A stretch of 64,000 bases of DNA, from NCBI GenBank assembly GCA_001600815.1, contig BCKZ01000009.1, forward strand, positions 522,194-586,193, read 5' to 3'. A program made the position numbers and the translations under genes. Below are positions 11,712 through 23,882 of this stretch, piece after piece; position 1 is the stretch's first letter; each line of letters starts with the position of its first letter. The notes under the pieces were generated by a model. That model was not told the origin of the DNA. It did no database searches and saw nothing but the letters and a program-made list of their open reading frames with translations. The DNA is from Alloascoidea hylecoeti (lineage: Eukaryota).

Positions 11712-13994
11712 ATGTTCCTAACGGGAAGGGGTGCGCAATCTTCGACGGCTGTGTCCACGACAGATATCTCACCTTCAACCGTCTTGGGCACAAATTCGCC
11801 GGCCTCGAAAAATTGTCTTGTGACCTTGCAGGGCTTAAGCTTGGAGCTCAATTGCAACAATGTTAACAACACGAAATATATTCCTCGGTCAAGAGAAGTA
11901 GCCACAATCACAACCAAAACTGCAACCACAACTACTCCAACCAACCAACGACTGCCTGATCTCTCCTATAGCACCGGAACATCAAGACCAGTCTGGAGAT
12001 ACTTTGTTAAGAAGAGAGGCCTCCTTCCCATGCCACCTGTGCAATTCAGCTTTTCCGGAAATCCTAGTGTAGTTCCATCTGCAGGCACTAATATTAATGC
12101 TGATGTGATTTCTGGTACCGAAACAGGGTCAGATAATCCGGATCCGTCATTCCCCTCGAGTATGAATATTCCGAAACCGATATTTCCATTTCGAGTGAGG
12201 CGGCAAAAGAAACGTCGCTTTTCCGAAGTAATAACTGCTACTTCTACTTCTATGCCTAATAACAATATTGCAAATAGTGCTAACATCATCAATATGAAAT
12301 CAACAAAAAAGCCTAAGAGGAAATCTTTATTTGGTGTTCGTAATCGCTTTAGATCGCATTCGAACTTGCGTTCATCAAGACGGTATCGTTGGTTCAGTAC
12401 GAATAGGGAAGCGAGGCTTCGCAGAAGAGAATCCAGACGAATTTTAAGATGGTGGCTAATTTCTCACCTATCGTTTGTTGGTAACATTTATAAAAATATC
12501 AAACATCGCAAACTACTTCCAGCGGTTAGATTAACTGGTGCAGCTAGCTCCATGGCCTATACGAAACTTCCTTTAAAGGCCATGTCTAGAGTATGGGGAC
12601 GGCTAAACAGTATGACATTACCTTTATGTTTGAGAGCTCCTACTATTAAGGCTTATTCATATTTATTTGGTGTTAATTTAGACGAGGTCGATAGGCAGGA
12701 CTTAACAACTTATAAAAATCTAGGTGAATTTTTCTGTAGACAGTTGAAACCAAATTCCAGGCCTATTGATGAAAATTCTGTATTAACCTCCCCTGCTGAT
12801 GGAACAGTTATACACTTTGGTCAAATTAAGAACGGGGAAATCGAGCAAGTCAAGGGATTAACATATTCTTTAGAAGCACTACTGGGCCCTTTGGACTTTC
12901 AAACAACACAGACAACAGTAGATCGACCAACTAACACAATTTCTTCTACATCTTCTATTAAACTGGCTGTCCCTTCTCGAGATATTGAATTTCAGGAAAA
13001 TGAAGTAGATGAGATGGCTAATCAATTATTTGCAAAAGCTAATGGTATTCCACATAATATTTTACATGACCCAGTTGAAAATGGGAGCGCTAATCACTTG
13101 GAAAGTAATACCAAGTTTACGCAAGATGGAGATGCGACAATATCGTCTGTTCCTTCATCTTCGGTAAATAAAGTAAACGAAGAACTGATGTCTAATGAAT
13201 TGAAACTGGAGAATCAAGATGACAAGAAGAAGTTATTCTATACTGTTATTTATCTAGCACCAGGAGATTATCATAGATTCCATTCACCTTCCAATTGGGT
13301 TGTTCAATTGCGACGTCACTTTGTTGGGGAATTATTTAGTGTTGCGCCCTTTTTTCAGACACATTTCCATGATTTATTTATATTAAATGAAAGGGTTGCA
13401 TTGTTAGGAAAATGGAAACATGGTTTTTTCAGTATGACACCAGTTGGTGCCACAAATGTTGGTAGTATTAAATTGAATTTTGACAAAGATTTGACAACAA
13501 ATAATTATTACGAGGATGCTTCAATTTATGGGAATGATAAAGGTAATAGGCGTGAAAATGATAGAAATAATGCCGATTCTCAAACTTCAAGTGAAACCAC
13601 AACGACCAATCCTAGTACTGACAGTAGCACTATTAACAGTAATAATAGTTCTTCTACCAGTCTTAGTTCGCTATCAGATTCCACAAATGTGCCTCTTATC
13701 AACAAAGATAATGAAAGTAATAAATCAAGCTTTCTATCATTTAGAAATAGAAGACTTTATGGTTACAGGTTTAACAATCAGAAAAAGAAAACAGTAAAGA
13801 ATACTTGTTACGAGGCTACGTATGGAAAAGCCAGTAGACTTCTTGGTGGTGTAGCAATGGTGAAAGGACAAGAAATGGGTGGATTTAATTTAGGTAGCAC
13901 TATCGTTCTTGTGTTTGAGGCACCCAAAAATTTTGAGTTTAAAGTGAAAGAAGGACAGCATGTGAGCTATGGACAAAGCTTGGGAGATGTCTAA
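11712..13994 (+). CDS. PSD1: Mitochondrial phosphatidylserine decarboxylase (true start may be the ATG at 12030)
   Basis: SPADG, YLAPGDYHRFHSP, VGATNVGSI and autocleavage motif GFNLGST. Confidence 0.95.
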   Translation: MFLTGRGAQSSTAVSTTDISPSTVLGTNSPASKNCLVTLQGLSLELNCNNVNNTKYIPRSREVATITTKTATTTTPTNQRLPDLSYSTGTSRPVWRYFVKKRGLLPMPPVQFSFSGNPSVVPSAGTNINADVISGTETGSDNPDPSFPSSMNIPKPIFPFRVRRQKKRRFSEVITATSTSMPNNNIANSANIINMKSTKKPKRKSLFGVRNRFRSHSNLRSSRRYRWFSTNREARLRRRESRRILRWWLISHLSFVGNIYKNIKHRKLLPAVRLTGAASSMAYTKLPLKAMSRVWGRLNSMTLPLCLRAPTIKAYSYLFGVNLDEVDRQDLTTYKNLGEFFCRQLKPNSRPIDENSVLTSPADGTVIHFGQIKNGEIEQVKGLTYSLEALLGPLDFQTTQTTVDRPTNTISSTSSIKLAVPSRDIEFQENEVDEMANQLFAKANGIPHNILHDPVENGSANHLESNTKFTQDGDATISSVPSSSVNKVNEELMSNELKLENQDDKKKLFYTVIYLAPGDYHRFHSPSNWVVQLRRHFVGELFSVAPFFQTHFHDLFILNERVALLGKWKHGFFSMTPVGATNVGSIKLNFDKDLTTNNYYEDASIYGNDKGNRRENDRNNADSQTSSETTTTNPSTDSSTINSNNSSSTSLSSLSDSTNVPLINKDNESNKSSFLSFRNRRLYGYRFNNQKKKTVKNTCYEATYGKASRLLGGVAMVKGQEMGGFNLGSTIVLVFEAPKNFEFKVKEGQHVSYGQSLGDV

Positions 13995-15922
13995 TTTTTT
14001 TTAGGGAACATAAAAAGGATTAATCAGGTTATATTTCGAAAAAATTAATACACTAAAAAAAGCATGCATTACATGATGTTATATAGGTTATATATATCAT
14101 AATTTATACTAAAAGAGCTCCTATTTATGGGGTACACTGATTCGAAATTTGATTGTAATTGGCATTCGTCTTGTAGCTATGACCACCAACCATACCAACA
14201 ATTGGAAGACTTCATTTTGTTAGCTCTGGCTGGGTATAACTGTATTCTAATACTCTTATTTTATATAGTTGCTTTTCGTCGTTTGTAAACTTCACTTTCA
14301 ATTATAGATATCTTGTTGGACAATTCCTTGATCATCATATTTATATTTTCTAGAATGTTCAATTAAAATAGGATTATAATGTGTGAATCGACCTAATAAT
14401 ACGTATACTATTTTTAGAGGTTAGTTATTTTAAATTTAGAAGAAGCAAAATTCTAATGTCTGTATAAGGATATCTAACAGTTTCATCGGATCTCTCAAGT
14501 CTCTTTGCGTCCAGGTTCAACTTCAAACTAGATTTAATATACGATGATTAAACTTAGGTTCGGTCATACTATGCACAACATATTCACATCTTCACCACTC
14601 ACGTCATGGCGGCTTCAAAACAACAGAACACACAGAGTCAACAAATACAGCAGGTATAACTTTTAGCCTTTACCAACGACAAAATTGTAATAGTATATTG
14701 ATCCTACCACTTAATATGAATACCAATGGAGTAAAACCACTCCAAAGAAACCAATAGGTATATCTAGTTCAAAAAGTGGCCGATACCTCACATTTGGCCG
14801 AACAACAGTCGACCACATCGCCGATTACTACCCCAAACGGCCGAAATTAGGTTGAAAAGCTGTATTTTGACAATGGGAACATGCAATTACATATGCATGC
14901 AGTGAAACAATCCAATTGTAGTTAAAAGTAATACATATAATTATATTGAAAATTATGATTAAGGTGCGATGAGAAACTATAATACTGTAGGCCATCCTTT
15001 GCTTTGTGGTGTATTAATATTTGTAGATACGTTTTTCATTTTTTAAAAATATAAGGAGATCCTTACCAATATAATCCTTAAATTAATAAGAAAAGAATGT
15101 GAAATGTGTGGGATTTTGGAAGTGAAGTCCGATATCAACGTCTGTTATTTTCGTTTCTAACTTACTTAATTGGATCTAGCGTATGAATTTGATAGATTCC
15201 CGTATATCTTAATCAACTCCACTTAAAGTTACCTAGATATAGTACGGCGAATAATATATAGGCCTATGAGTTTTAACATACTGTATATATCGTTATTAAT
15301 CCAACTTAGTGTTTAGTACATGTCTCAATTCTTCAGCTCCGTTTATCGTTCTAAGGACCAAAAATAAATACTACCATAATTAGGCGGATAGCTTTTGTTA
15401 TCAGTATAATATATATATATATAAATATAAGCTTACTTTTCTGAAATAATATTAAAGTTGCAATAGCAAAAATCTGCGCTAACTAGAGATTTATTTGAGA
15501 TGGCGGTGAAACTGTTTTGAAACCTGCAAGGATTCGACACGACCATAAAAAGTCGCGATATGGCACAAGAAGATGAAGTAGAGGATCTAAGCTTCAGCTC
15601 AGGTTCTTGTGTCAATCAACACATTCAATTAAACTCGTAAGAGATATAGATACATATGATGATATACAACAATGAGAAAGGGCAATACTGTCATAGGCTT
15701 AGGTGAACTCAAAAGGTTAATTATCAGGCAAGGAATAATAATTATTAGATCTGATATGTAGAGCACTCAAAACATACCAACAGTCCCAATTATTTGATTC
15801 CAAATTCCTCTCACATTCCATCTAAATACTTTTCTCTCCACAACCACGAACGTTCTCTTGCTACCCACGTGGACCTAGAACAACTCCTCCTCCCACCCAA
15901 GAACGGCTTACCCGACCTTATC

Positions 15923-18900
15923 ATGGAGAGCCCATCAGAATCACTGCCTACTTCACCCAGCCCATCAGGAAATTTTCACGGTCATGCGGCTGAATCTAAT
16001 GTCCAAACAGAGCCAAACGACGAATCTGCCCGCCACCCCTCTAGAAAGGGTGTGGCTGACTACACTCTCGGAGAGAATATCGGCGATGGCTCCTACTCGT
16101 CTGTGTTGCTGAGTACAGAGAATCGTACAGGAAACCTCTACGCTATCAAGATGCTTGATAAGCGGCACATCATCAAGGAAAAAAAAGTTAAATATATTTC
16201 AATTGAGCGAGATACCTTACAAAGATTATCAAAGCACCAAGGGATCATCAGTCTTCATGCTACTTTTCAGGATGAGGCATGTATTTACTTTGTGCTTGAA
16301 TATGCCCCTAATGGCGAGTTGCTTACCTTAATAAAAGAGTACACCACTCTTGACGAAGATTGTGCAAGATACTATGGAGCACAGATTCTTGATGTCGTTC
16401 AATTTATGCACTCGAATGGTGTCATTCACCGAGACTTGAAGCCAGAGAACATTCTACTGGATTCGGATTTCCGCATCCGTGTTACAGACTTCGGAACAGC
16501 AAAATTGCTGGAAGAGGATAAAGTGAAAGAGCTTCGGAATACCCAAGGTGATGTCTTCGATTTTAGAGCAGACTCTTTCGTAGGAACCGCTGAATATGTT
16601 TCTCCCGAGCTTCTTTCGGACAGATCTTGTGGGAAAAGCTGCGATATTTGGGCATTTGGCTGTGTTCTGTTTCAAATACTTGCCGGCAGACCGCCTTTCA
16701 AGGCTACAAATGAATACTTGACATTCCAAAAGATCACAAGACTGCAATTCACTTTCCCTCCGGGCTTCCCACAGTCTGTTCGAGATTTAGTGACAAAGCT
16801 GTTGGTGTTAAACCCAAACGATCGTTTAACGGTACCCCAAATTCACAAGCATTCCTTTTTTAAGGGCGTCAACTGGAAAGACAACTCAATTTGGACTCTT
16901 CCTCATCCAGAATTTAAACCTTTTATTTCAAACGTAAATACTGTCCAGTATAGCTACAGTTATAAACAAGGAGCAATATCCTCGGCTAAAAAAGACGCTA
17001 ACAAAAACAAACGATTATCATTACATCTTAGTCACCCCCACAGAATCCCTTCAAACTCGAGCTCAGCTCTTCCGGAACAACCCCCTTCTCCTACCAGTTC
17101 ATCTGAGAATCTTGCCTCGCAGAAATCCTTGAATTTCAATAAATCCCGGAATTCCCTCATCATTCCTAAAATGATTCGCCCCAAATCATCCATGTCTAAG
17201 TCGTCTCAAAATTCAATAAGATCTCAATCATTCACCCCTTCAATAACTGATACAAGCGAAGTATCCGAAAAAGTGAAAACTGACATTTTGATGGCCTCTC
17301 AAGCCTCTATTCCTTTGGTGAATGGGGGCACTATCTCGGAAGATACTCAGCAAAAGAATAAGCCTGATACTGCATTGCCTTCAACTAAAGAGACAAATAC
17401 CCCAGTCATAGTTAAAAGTATCCCTGTTCTTGAGACCACTGCTACTGCTACTGCTACTGCCATCAAATCAGATTCGGTTATATCGGTTCCAGAGGAAGAT
17501 TCCAGAAAAATTGATGAGCCTCCAACTTCAATTCTGGACAACTCCCATACCAAATTAAATGAGACCCAATCTTCATTACCGCCACCAACTTCAGAAAATC
17601 CTGTGGCTAATAAAGATGAATCTCAGAATCCCCCTATTAAGACGAATTCAGATAATGATGTCAAGCAATTGACATCTAGTAATGAGTTGAATGATCAGAA
17701 AGTGGATGGTGTTCTTCCCGTTACTAATTCAGCGCCTGTATCACCTTCTACAAAGCTCGATATTCAATGGAGTGTGTTTCTCAAATCGTCAACTGAAAGA
17801 ATTGCCAAAATAGGTCTCGTAAATGTTTCTTTAACTGCTCATTCTAGCATCTTGGCTAGTAAAATGGTATCAACGACCAGCATTTCAATGTTTAATAGTG
17901 AGGAATATCCAATAAGATTCAATATGTTGAATGACTCGGAGCGTTCTGCAATTGCAAAGGAAAAAAGAGCAACTAAACCTTTTGGTCTGGAGAAAAATAA
18001 GTCATTTCCAGAAAAAGAAGAGTTAATAGCGAAACCGGACGCAAGAGAGCATGGTAGATTAAGACGTTGGTTTTCATTGGGTGGACATAATAAGATATCA
18101 ACGTTGTTAAAGAAGAAACATAAGCGTGATAGAGTTGCAATTCTAACAAGTGAAGGTAGGCTTATCATTATTTCACCGGAATTATCGACTGAACAAGTAC
18201 ATGTCACAACTCCAGTAACGCAATATCAAACCAACAGTTTTCCGGAACTTCTATTAACTTGTGTAGATTCTGAAATTAATATCGTTAATAAAACTATTAG
18301 TATTCAAGAGTCTAAGAGCTTAAGTAGTAAACATGGTGAATCTGTTGCAATTAAAGCACCAAATGATACTTTTGTGATAGAAAGTAGTATTGTTGAGTTT
18401 AAAGGTGTTAATGGAAATGGCACCTCTGGTGATTTGTCTTGGATCCAGGCAATAAGAAGAGTAAGGAACCATGGGGAAGATCCACAACCAGATTCCCAAA
18501 TAAAAAGTGAATTAGTGAAGAAATCGACATCGGAATCCAAATCTACAAACGATACCAAGTCGGTGTCTGATGAAAACATTGTTTCAAAAGATGCTGATGA
18601 TAAATCACCAACATTAGCTTCAGCTGAAGAGGGCGCTAATAAAGCATTTAGTTTCAAAGGATCCATTACTTTTAAGCATCAATCAATCGTTCCAGGACCA
18701 TCTTTAGACCCAAATGTACACCGTACTCCTTCTACAAGGTCCAAATTGAGTGAGAGGGTAGTTTTGCAACCGCGTATGTCGATTAATAAAACTAAGCCCG
18801 CAAAAACGATTGATACTGAACTTTTAGGACCCCCTGTTAAACTTAACATTGATGATGATATTAGTTCATTTTCTAAGGATATCTTTCAATCCTTAGGATT

Positions 18901-19153
18901 TACTGAAGAAGATGAAAAACTGTTTGATTTGCCCCCTCCAACTAGTTATAATAATGTACAATCAAGTCCTTATTCTGCATATACTTCTGCTTCAAGGAAC
19001 AGGTCAGAATCCAATATAAGGGGGAATCTTCCTAGTTTCTATTCTACCTCATCCCCAGATTTGCATGAAAGCAATGATTACTTTGGTATAAGGAATGTGA
19101 ATGAAACAGATCCTATTAGAGAAGAACCAGATGGAACCCTTTTGAAAAAGTAA
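15923..19153 (+). CDS. PKH1: PDK1-family AGC kinase (Pkh1/Pkh2-like) with C-terminal PH-like region
   Basis: GDGSYS, KRHIIKEKKVKY, HRDLKPEN, DFGTAK, SFVGTAEYVSPE; first ATG at 15923. Confidence 0.9.
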   Translation: MESPSESLPTSPSPSGNFHGHAAESNVQTEPNDESARHPSRKGVADYTLGENIGDGSYSSVLLSTENRTGNLYAIKMLDKRHIIKEKKVKYISIERDTLQRLSKHQGIISLHATFQDEACIYFVLEYAPNGELLTLIKEYTTLDEDCARYYGAQILDVVQFMHSNGVIHRDLKPENILLDSDFRIRVTDFGTAKLLEEDKVKELRNTQGDVFDFRADSFVGTAEYVSPELLSDRSCGKSCDIWAFGCVLFQILAGRPPFKATNEYLTFQKITRLQFTFPPGFPQSVRDLVTKLLVLNPNDRLTVPQIHKHSFFKGVNWKDNSIWTLPHPEFKPFISNVNTVQYSYSYKQGAISSAKKDANKNKRLSLHLSHPHRIPSNSSSALPEQPPSPTSSSENLASQKSLNFNKSRNSLIIPKMIRPKSSMSKSSQNSIRSQSFTPSITDTSEVSEKVKTDILMASQASIPLVNGGTISEDTQQKNKPDTALPSTKETNTPVIVKSIPVLETTATATATAIKSDSVISVPEEDSRKIDEPPTSILDNSHTKLNETQSSLPPPTSENPVANKDESQNPPIKTNSDNDVKQLTSSNELNDQKVDGVLPVTNSAPVSPSTKLDIQWSVFLKSSTERIAKIGLVNVSLTAHSSILASKMVSTTSISMFNSEEYPIRFNMLNDSERSAIAKEKRATKPFGLEKNKSFPEKEELIAKPDAREHGRLRRWFSLGGHNKISTLLKKKHKRDRVAILTSEGRLIIISPELSTEQVHVTTPVTQYQTNSFPELLLTCVDSEINIVNKTISIQESKSLSSKHGESVAIKAPNDTFVIESSIVEFKGVNGNGTSGDLSWIQAIRRVRNHGEDPQPDSQIKSELVKKSTSESKSTNDTKSVSDENIVSKDADDKSPTLASAEEGANKAFSFKGSITFKHQSIVPGPSLDPNVHRTPSTRSKLSERVVLQPRMSINKTKPAKTIDTELLGPPVKLNIDDDISSFSKDIFQSLGFTEEDEKLFDLPPPTSYNNVQSSPYSAYTSASRNRSESNIRGNLPSFYSTSSPDLHESNDYFGIRNVNETDPIREEPDGTLLKK

Positions 19154-19258
19154 ACTTTTTTGTTTTTTGATTCTCCTTTGTGAATAAGTATATATGATCT
19201 ATTCACTTGAAGGAACTTACATTTAATTTATTTACTTTGTGTTTTGTTTTGTTTAAAT

Positions 19259-19259
<1 letters not shown>

Positions 19260-19300
<41 letters not shown>

Positions 19301-19326
19301 TGTTTTTGTTTTTGTTTTTGTTTTTG
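19260..19326 (+). repeat. (TTTTG)n/(TTTTTG)n microsatellite downstream of PKH
   Basis: Directly visible tandem array. Confidence 0.95.
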
Positions 19327-19775
19327 TATTCTTCGTTTAAACGTCTTTCAAATTGTTTTTCTATAATCTTTAATAATCTTTTTTGTTTGCACTACATTTG
19401 TATTTATTTTTTCAAAACAATTTCCTTAGTTTTTCTATTGAAAAATCCTTTTCTATATCAATAAAATTCTTTTTAATTATCGGGTCCATTTAAAGGATTC
19501 CATTTTTGTTATATATGTGTATAATGTCTATGTTGTGATATGTTTGTCTTGTTATTTAAATTCAGTTTAATGTTTTTTAGTTTCAATGAATAAATAAATA
19601 ATATAATTAATATTAATTACATTTTTATTAATACATGATCTATAGTTATAAATTATACTCACACCAGTAAATGAAAAACAAGTAAAATATGAATTTTGAG
19701 TATTCATTAATTACAGTGTTAGCTGATGCATTAATTAATTACGGTCAATATTGATCCTCTGGGAATTCAGCAAAT

Positions 19776-19927
19776 AAAACAATTAATTTAAGAGGAATAA
19801 TTAGTATGACAGATGAATAAAAAAGACTTTGCCCAATCCTTTAAAGACGCCATTAATATTGTAAATTTAGGCCCATCGTCTGGTTTTCTTGTCATACTAA
19901 TTGTTTATTCCTCAAATCAAATGTTTT
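19776..19927. repeat. Degenerate inverted repeat
   Basis: GAGGAATAATTAGTATGACA (19792-19811) pairs with TGTCATACTAATTGTTTATTCCTC (19890-19913) with a 4-nt indel; weaker match extends outward. Confidence 0.65.
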
Positions 19928-21639
19928 CTAACTATATCAAGATCAAACTATAATTAATTCCTCGATCCCGTGTATCGATAGAGCAATTTTAACCAACAGT
20001 AGTTAGAATAATGTATTTCTTTTTAAATAGAGTGACAGATATTATAATTGTATAGGCATGTTTTCAGTATTAATTTTTCACTATATATAACATGGCCATG
20101 GTGATATAATATCAATTTATCAGGCTAATATCAGCATTTTAAGTTATGCCATTTTTCATTTAAAGTTTATAATTATAATTAAGTAAGTTAATTAGTTAAG
20201 ACAACATTTCGATTGTAACAATTTTTAAGGCAACTTCGAAGATTCATGATCACGTCAAAAATTAAATGCTGGTACCAATGAATCGTCTATCTTAAATAAT
20301 ATAAATGGTTCTGAAACTCCTAGGCTTGAAATTCCTTTTTTTCACAGTATGTACATTGTTAATTATGATTTCAATTGAGGTAAGAAGAATCTCAAGTCAC
20401 ATATAATTGGTCGAAAAATAAATGTCAATTGTAGTAAATAGTTCATTAATAATATAATTAAAAGTGGCTCTAAATTACCTTTTATGTTTTAATTGATATT
20501 CTTTGTCATTCTAATATAATAAAAAGTATATAGTTAATTATAATTCGAGGTATTCATGAAGAATCGCAAATTTAAGTCAAATATAAATAGTAATATTATT
20601 ATATATATTCATTTTCTTTTGTAGCCAACTCTACTCCAGCTTGTAGTTAAGTAGTTGACGTGTACTGGTACGTGTCATTCCATATTTTTATCCTAAATTT
20701 AAGATTTATACTTTCATTTCCAATATTTCAATTGCAATAATCACATTAATTTTTGAAACATGTTTTAACCCCGGTCGACTTCACTCCGCTACTAGTTATA
20801 AGCTTAATTATAATTAAGGATATTGAAATAATAAATATATGCAAACAATCTGTAATTGTATTTATTTATTTGTTGTATAATTATAAACTGGCCATATGCC
20901 ATTATATGATATAGATATAGGTATGCATATGCTCGTTAAGCTTAATTACCGGCTGATAATAAGAAAGAAGAATATTTGAATATTCGTTAAAAAAGTGTAC
21001 ATAATAGAATAATCAAAATATCTGAGACATACAGCGTCTGTAATGCTGTATAGCAGGGTGTACCATATAGCTGGAAGGTACGTAAAATTATAAGTTTAAA
21101 TGTATCATAAACTTTACAAAGCTATATTTATTATATTTCAAATTTTCAATGGGATATCGATTATTCAATTGCAATATTGACATATGTACAAAAATTCTAA
21201 AGAATATGCACTTGCAAACTTGAACTTAATCATAGTCTAATTATTGTTAATATACATTCAGATCACAACATAACATATCTATAAAGACTTTATATAAGTT
21301 AAATATTGATCATGGTATGAAAGCAATATTAATATATTCAGTTACAATTGAGAAAGAAAATCAAAATATTTTAAGATGCCATTAGAAAATTGATATTGAT
21401 CAATTAAGTTGCATATACCAAAATTAATAGCTGAAAATTATGTTTATATTTAAGAATATAATAAATATAATGAAGAATATACAAGAATTCAAAAGTTAAG
21501 AACAATAGATTTGGAGAAAGAACACACTAAATACACCCAAAAAACAACAGAAAATTTTAGAAGACCAAAATTTTACAATAAACCAGAATATACAGAGAAG
21601 TAAAATAATATTGAATTTAAAACCAAAGGAATGATGATT

Positions 21640-22518
21640 TCATTTTGTACCAGATGTTGAAGCGACCGGTTGTATATCATCGCTATCACTGGTTTTAGAG
21701 ACAGAAGGAGATTTCATTTCAATTGCTGTTTGTTTATATGAAGATTTATGTGGATATTCATAAATATCTTCATCATCGTCAGAAGCGCTACCAGTAGGTA
21801 TTACATTGGAACTTGGACTAGAAGATTCCTGAGAAAATACCTTACCACGCGCTCTTTTTTTGATCTCAACAGTTTCCATTAACTTTCTATAATTAATTAT
21901 AACCCCAAACTTGTTTAATAGTTCAAGAATAGATCTTTGGGCATTTTTGGAATAGAAATAGAGGCCAAGTGTCGTTGGTATGTTTGTGCATAATCCGGGG
22001 TGTTGTGTATAGCAAAAGATGGATATGATAAGAAAAATACGATATTCGACTTGAGTATCTTTATTTTTACCCATTCTGCTGGAAGATAGTAAAGAGTGAA
22101 GAAGTTTTGAGGTTTTGGGAACTGTTTCTTGGATTATAGTTGAGATTTGGTTTAAGTCCAAGTTTTCAAATGAAACCTGTTTATCTTTAACATTTTTATT
22201 AAATATGTTAGTTGCGGCAAGTTGGTTTAACTCTTCTCTTAAAGAATCGGGGAATTGAAGGGAATCAATGAGATAATCACGGTCAAAAGGGAAATTGTTA
22301 TCTCTGATATAAAAATCGGTTAGGTTTTTCGATGCATAAACAGCCTGCGCAAAAAGTTGTTGTCTGTGGTGAACCCCAGGACCTTCCATTTTAGGAATAC
22401 ACTCAACAAATTCAGACATTGAAATCCGCAAGCTTCTCATATATTCAAAAACTAAGGATGCCTTATCCATTGCTGATTTGTTGGAGGCTCTCCTGCGCTT
22501 TGGAAGAGTTGTTGCCAT
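21640..22518 (-). CDS. Uncharacterised 292-aa protein resembling the N-terminal part of fungal DUF6589-associated proteins
   Basis: Intact ORF with basic N-terminal KRRR; motifs FENLDLN..IIQETVP..LLHSLL, RIFLIISIFCY, LGLYFYS..QRSILELLNKFGV..Y. Confidence 0.5.
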   Translation of the reverse strand: MATTLPKRRRASNKSAMDKASLVFEYMRSLRISMSEFVECIPKMEGPGVHHRQQLFAQAVYASKNLTDFYIRDNNFPFDRDYLIDSLQFPDSLREELNQLAATNIFNKNVKDKQVSFENLDLNQISTIIQETVPKTSKLLHSLLSSSRMGKNKDTQVEYRIFLIISIFCYTQHPGLCTNIPTTLGLYFYSKNAQRSILELLNKFGVIINYRKLMETVEIKKRARGKVFSQESSSPSSNVIPTGSASDDDEDIYEYPHKSSYKQTAIEMKSPSVSKTSDSDDIQPVASTSGTK

Positions 22519-22994
22519 TTAAGAAATACCAGACTTCTGCTCCACACAAAAAGCTAAAATAAAATTCAAAATTAAATACTAATAATATAAACGGGTGAAA
22601 TTTGCCTCGAAAGACAAGGGTAAAAGTGGTGAAATATTCCAGAAGAAGTAGATAGAGGACAAGATTTAGCCAAAAGGTGAGTTCTGGGAATCATTTCCAC
22701 TTTATAATAACTGAAGAGATCACATCAGTTGTAATATAATTATTTGTCCGTTATGTGGTTGTATATTAATTTTTTGCGAGACTAGGGACAAACTACAAAA
22801 ACGGTATTCACATTCTCGCGGGAGGTTTTATTCCTTGGTTGGCGGTCATGGACATTCTATTCTATGCGTTATTCTGTATGTACAAAGTTCTATTATTTCA
22901 TACAAATCATTCATGATAAAGGGCTGAGAATCCCATAATTTCTGAGACACAAAACAAGTGATGAAACAAATCAGGTGAACACCTGTAACAATAT

Positions 22995-23007
22995 AGGGTT
23001 AAACCCT
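22995..23007. promoter_or_regulatory. Palindromic AGGGTT-A-AACCCT element upstream of RPL27 (Tbf1-like)
   Basis: Perfect dyad about 140 bp upstream of a ribosomal protein gene ATG. Confidence 0.45.
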
Positions 23008-23147
23008 TATATCACGAAACACGGTCACGAATACATGTGTATTAAACGGCACGCCAGCGTACATAACATCACTACACTCTGCACATTTTCAATCATACTG
23101 AATTACCCAAATTTCAGCTTTTTAGGTCTTTATTTAACACAGTAACA

Positions 23148-23882
23148 ATGGGTTCAAAATTCATCAAAGCAGGCAAAGTTGGTATGTTTCCACATTTATG
23201 TTTAGATTCCTGCAATTGCTAGAGTTGGATATGTTGAAATAAGTTAGAAAACAGAGAGAGTAGATCCACAACTACAAACTACAACTTGGCCCAAAGGCTC
23301 GAACTCCTTCAAGAATCCGAAATCCTTTGTCTATCTTTCAAACGTTCAAATGTTCAACAATCAAAATAGGCAGAGTTTATTTCAATGGAATGTATATCCG
23401 AACGACTATATATCTACGTTTCTACTTCGATATATCCGACTTATGAGCCATTCTTCTTGTTAATAGATTTTATCGAATACAATACTAATTATTTTATAAT
23501 AGCCATTATTGTTCGCGGTAGATACGCTGGTAAGAAGGTTGTCATTGTCAAACCACACGATGAAGGCAGCAAATCACACCCATTCCCACATGCCCTAGTT
23601 GCTGGTATTGAACGCTACCCATTGAAGGTCACCAAAAACTTGGGACCAAAGAAAATTGCCAAAAGGACCAAGATCAAGCCATTTGTTAAACTAGTTAACT
23701 ACAACCATTTACTGCCAACTCGTTATACATTTGATATTGAGGAATTAAAATCCACCGTCACAACCGAGACCTTCAAAGAGCCATCGCAAAGGGAAGATGC
23801 AAAGAAAACCATTAAGAAGACTTTTGAAGAAAGACATCAGGCCGGTAAGAACAAATGGTTCTTCACAAAGCTCAACTTTTAA
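23148..23882 (+). CDS. RPL27: 60S ribosomal protein eL27; exons 23148-23181, 23503-23882
   Basis: [25 protein letters not shown]...[11 protein letters not shown]; intron GTATGT...TACTAAT...TAG. Confidence 0.97.

Noticed and set aside
15460..15640. Coding-like stretch upstream of PKH
   Set aside because: Contains a stop and no recognisable family
19207..19464. 85-aa Phe/Leu-rich ORF
   Set aside because: Translation of the T-rich microsatellite
23296..23306. B-box-like GTTCGAGCC (minus strand) and possible snoRNA in the RPL27 intron
   Set aside because: No cloverleaf and no C/D box pair; a single short match may be chance
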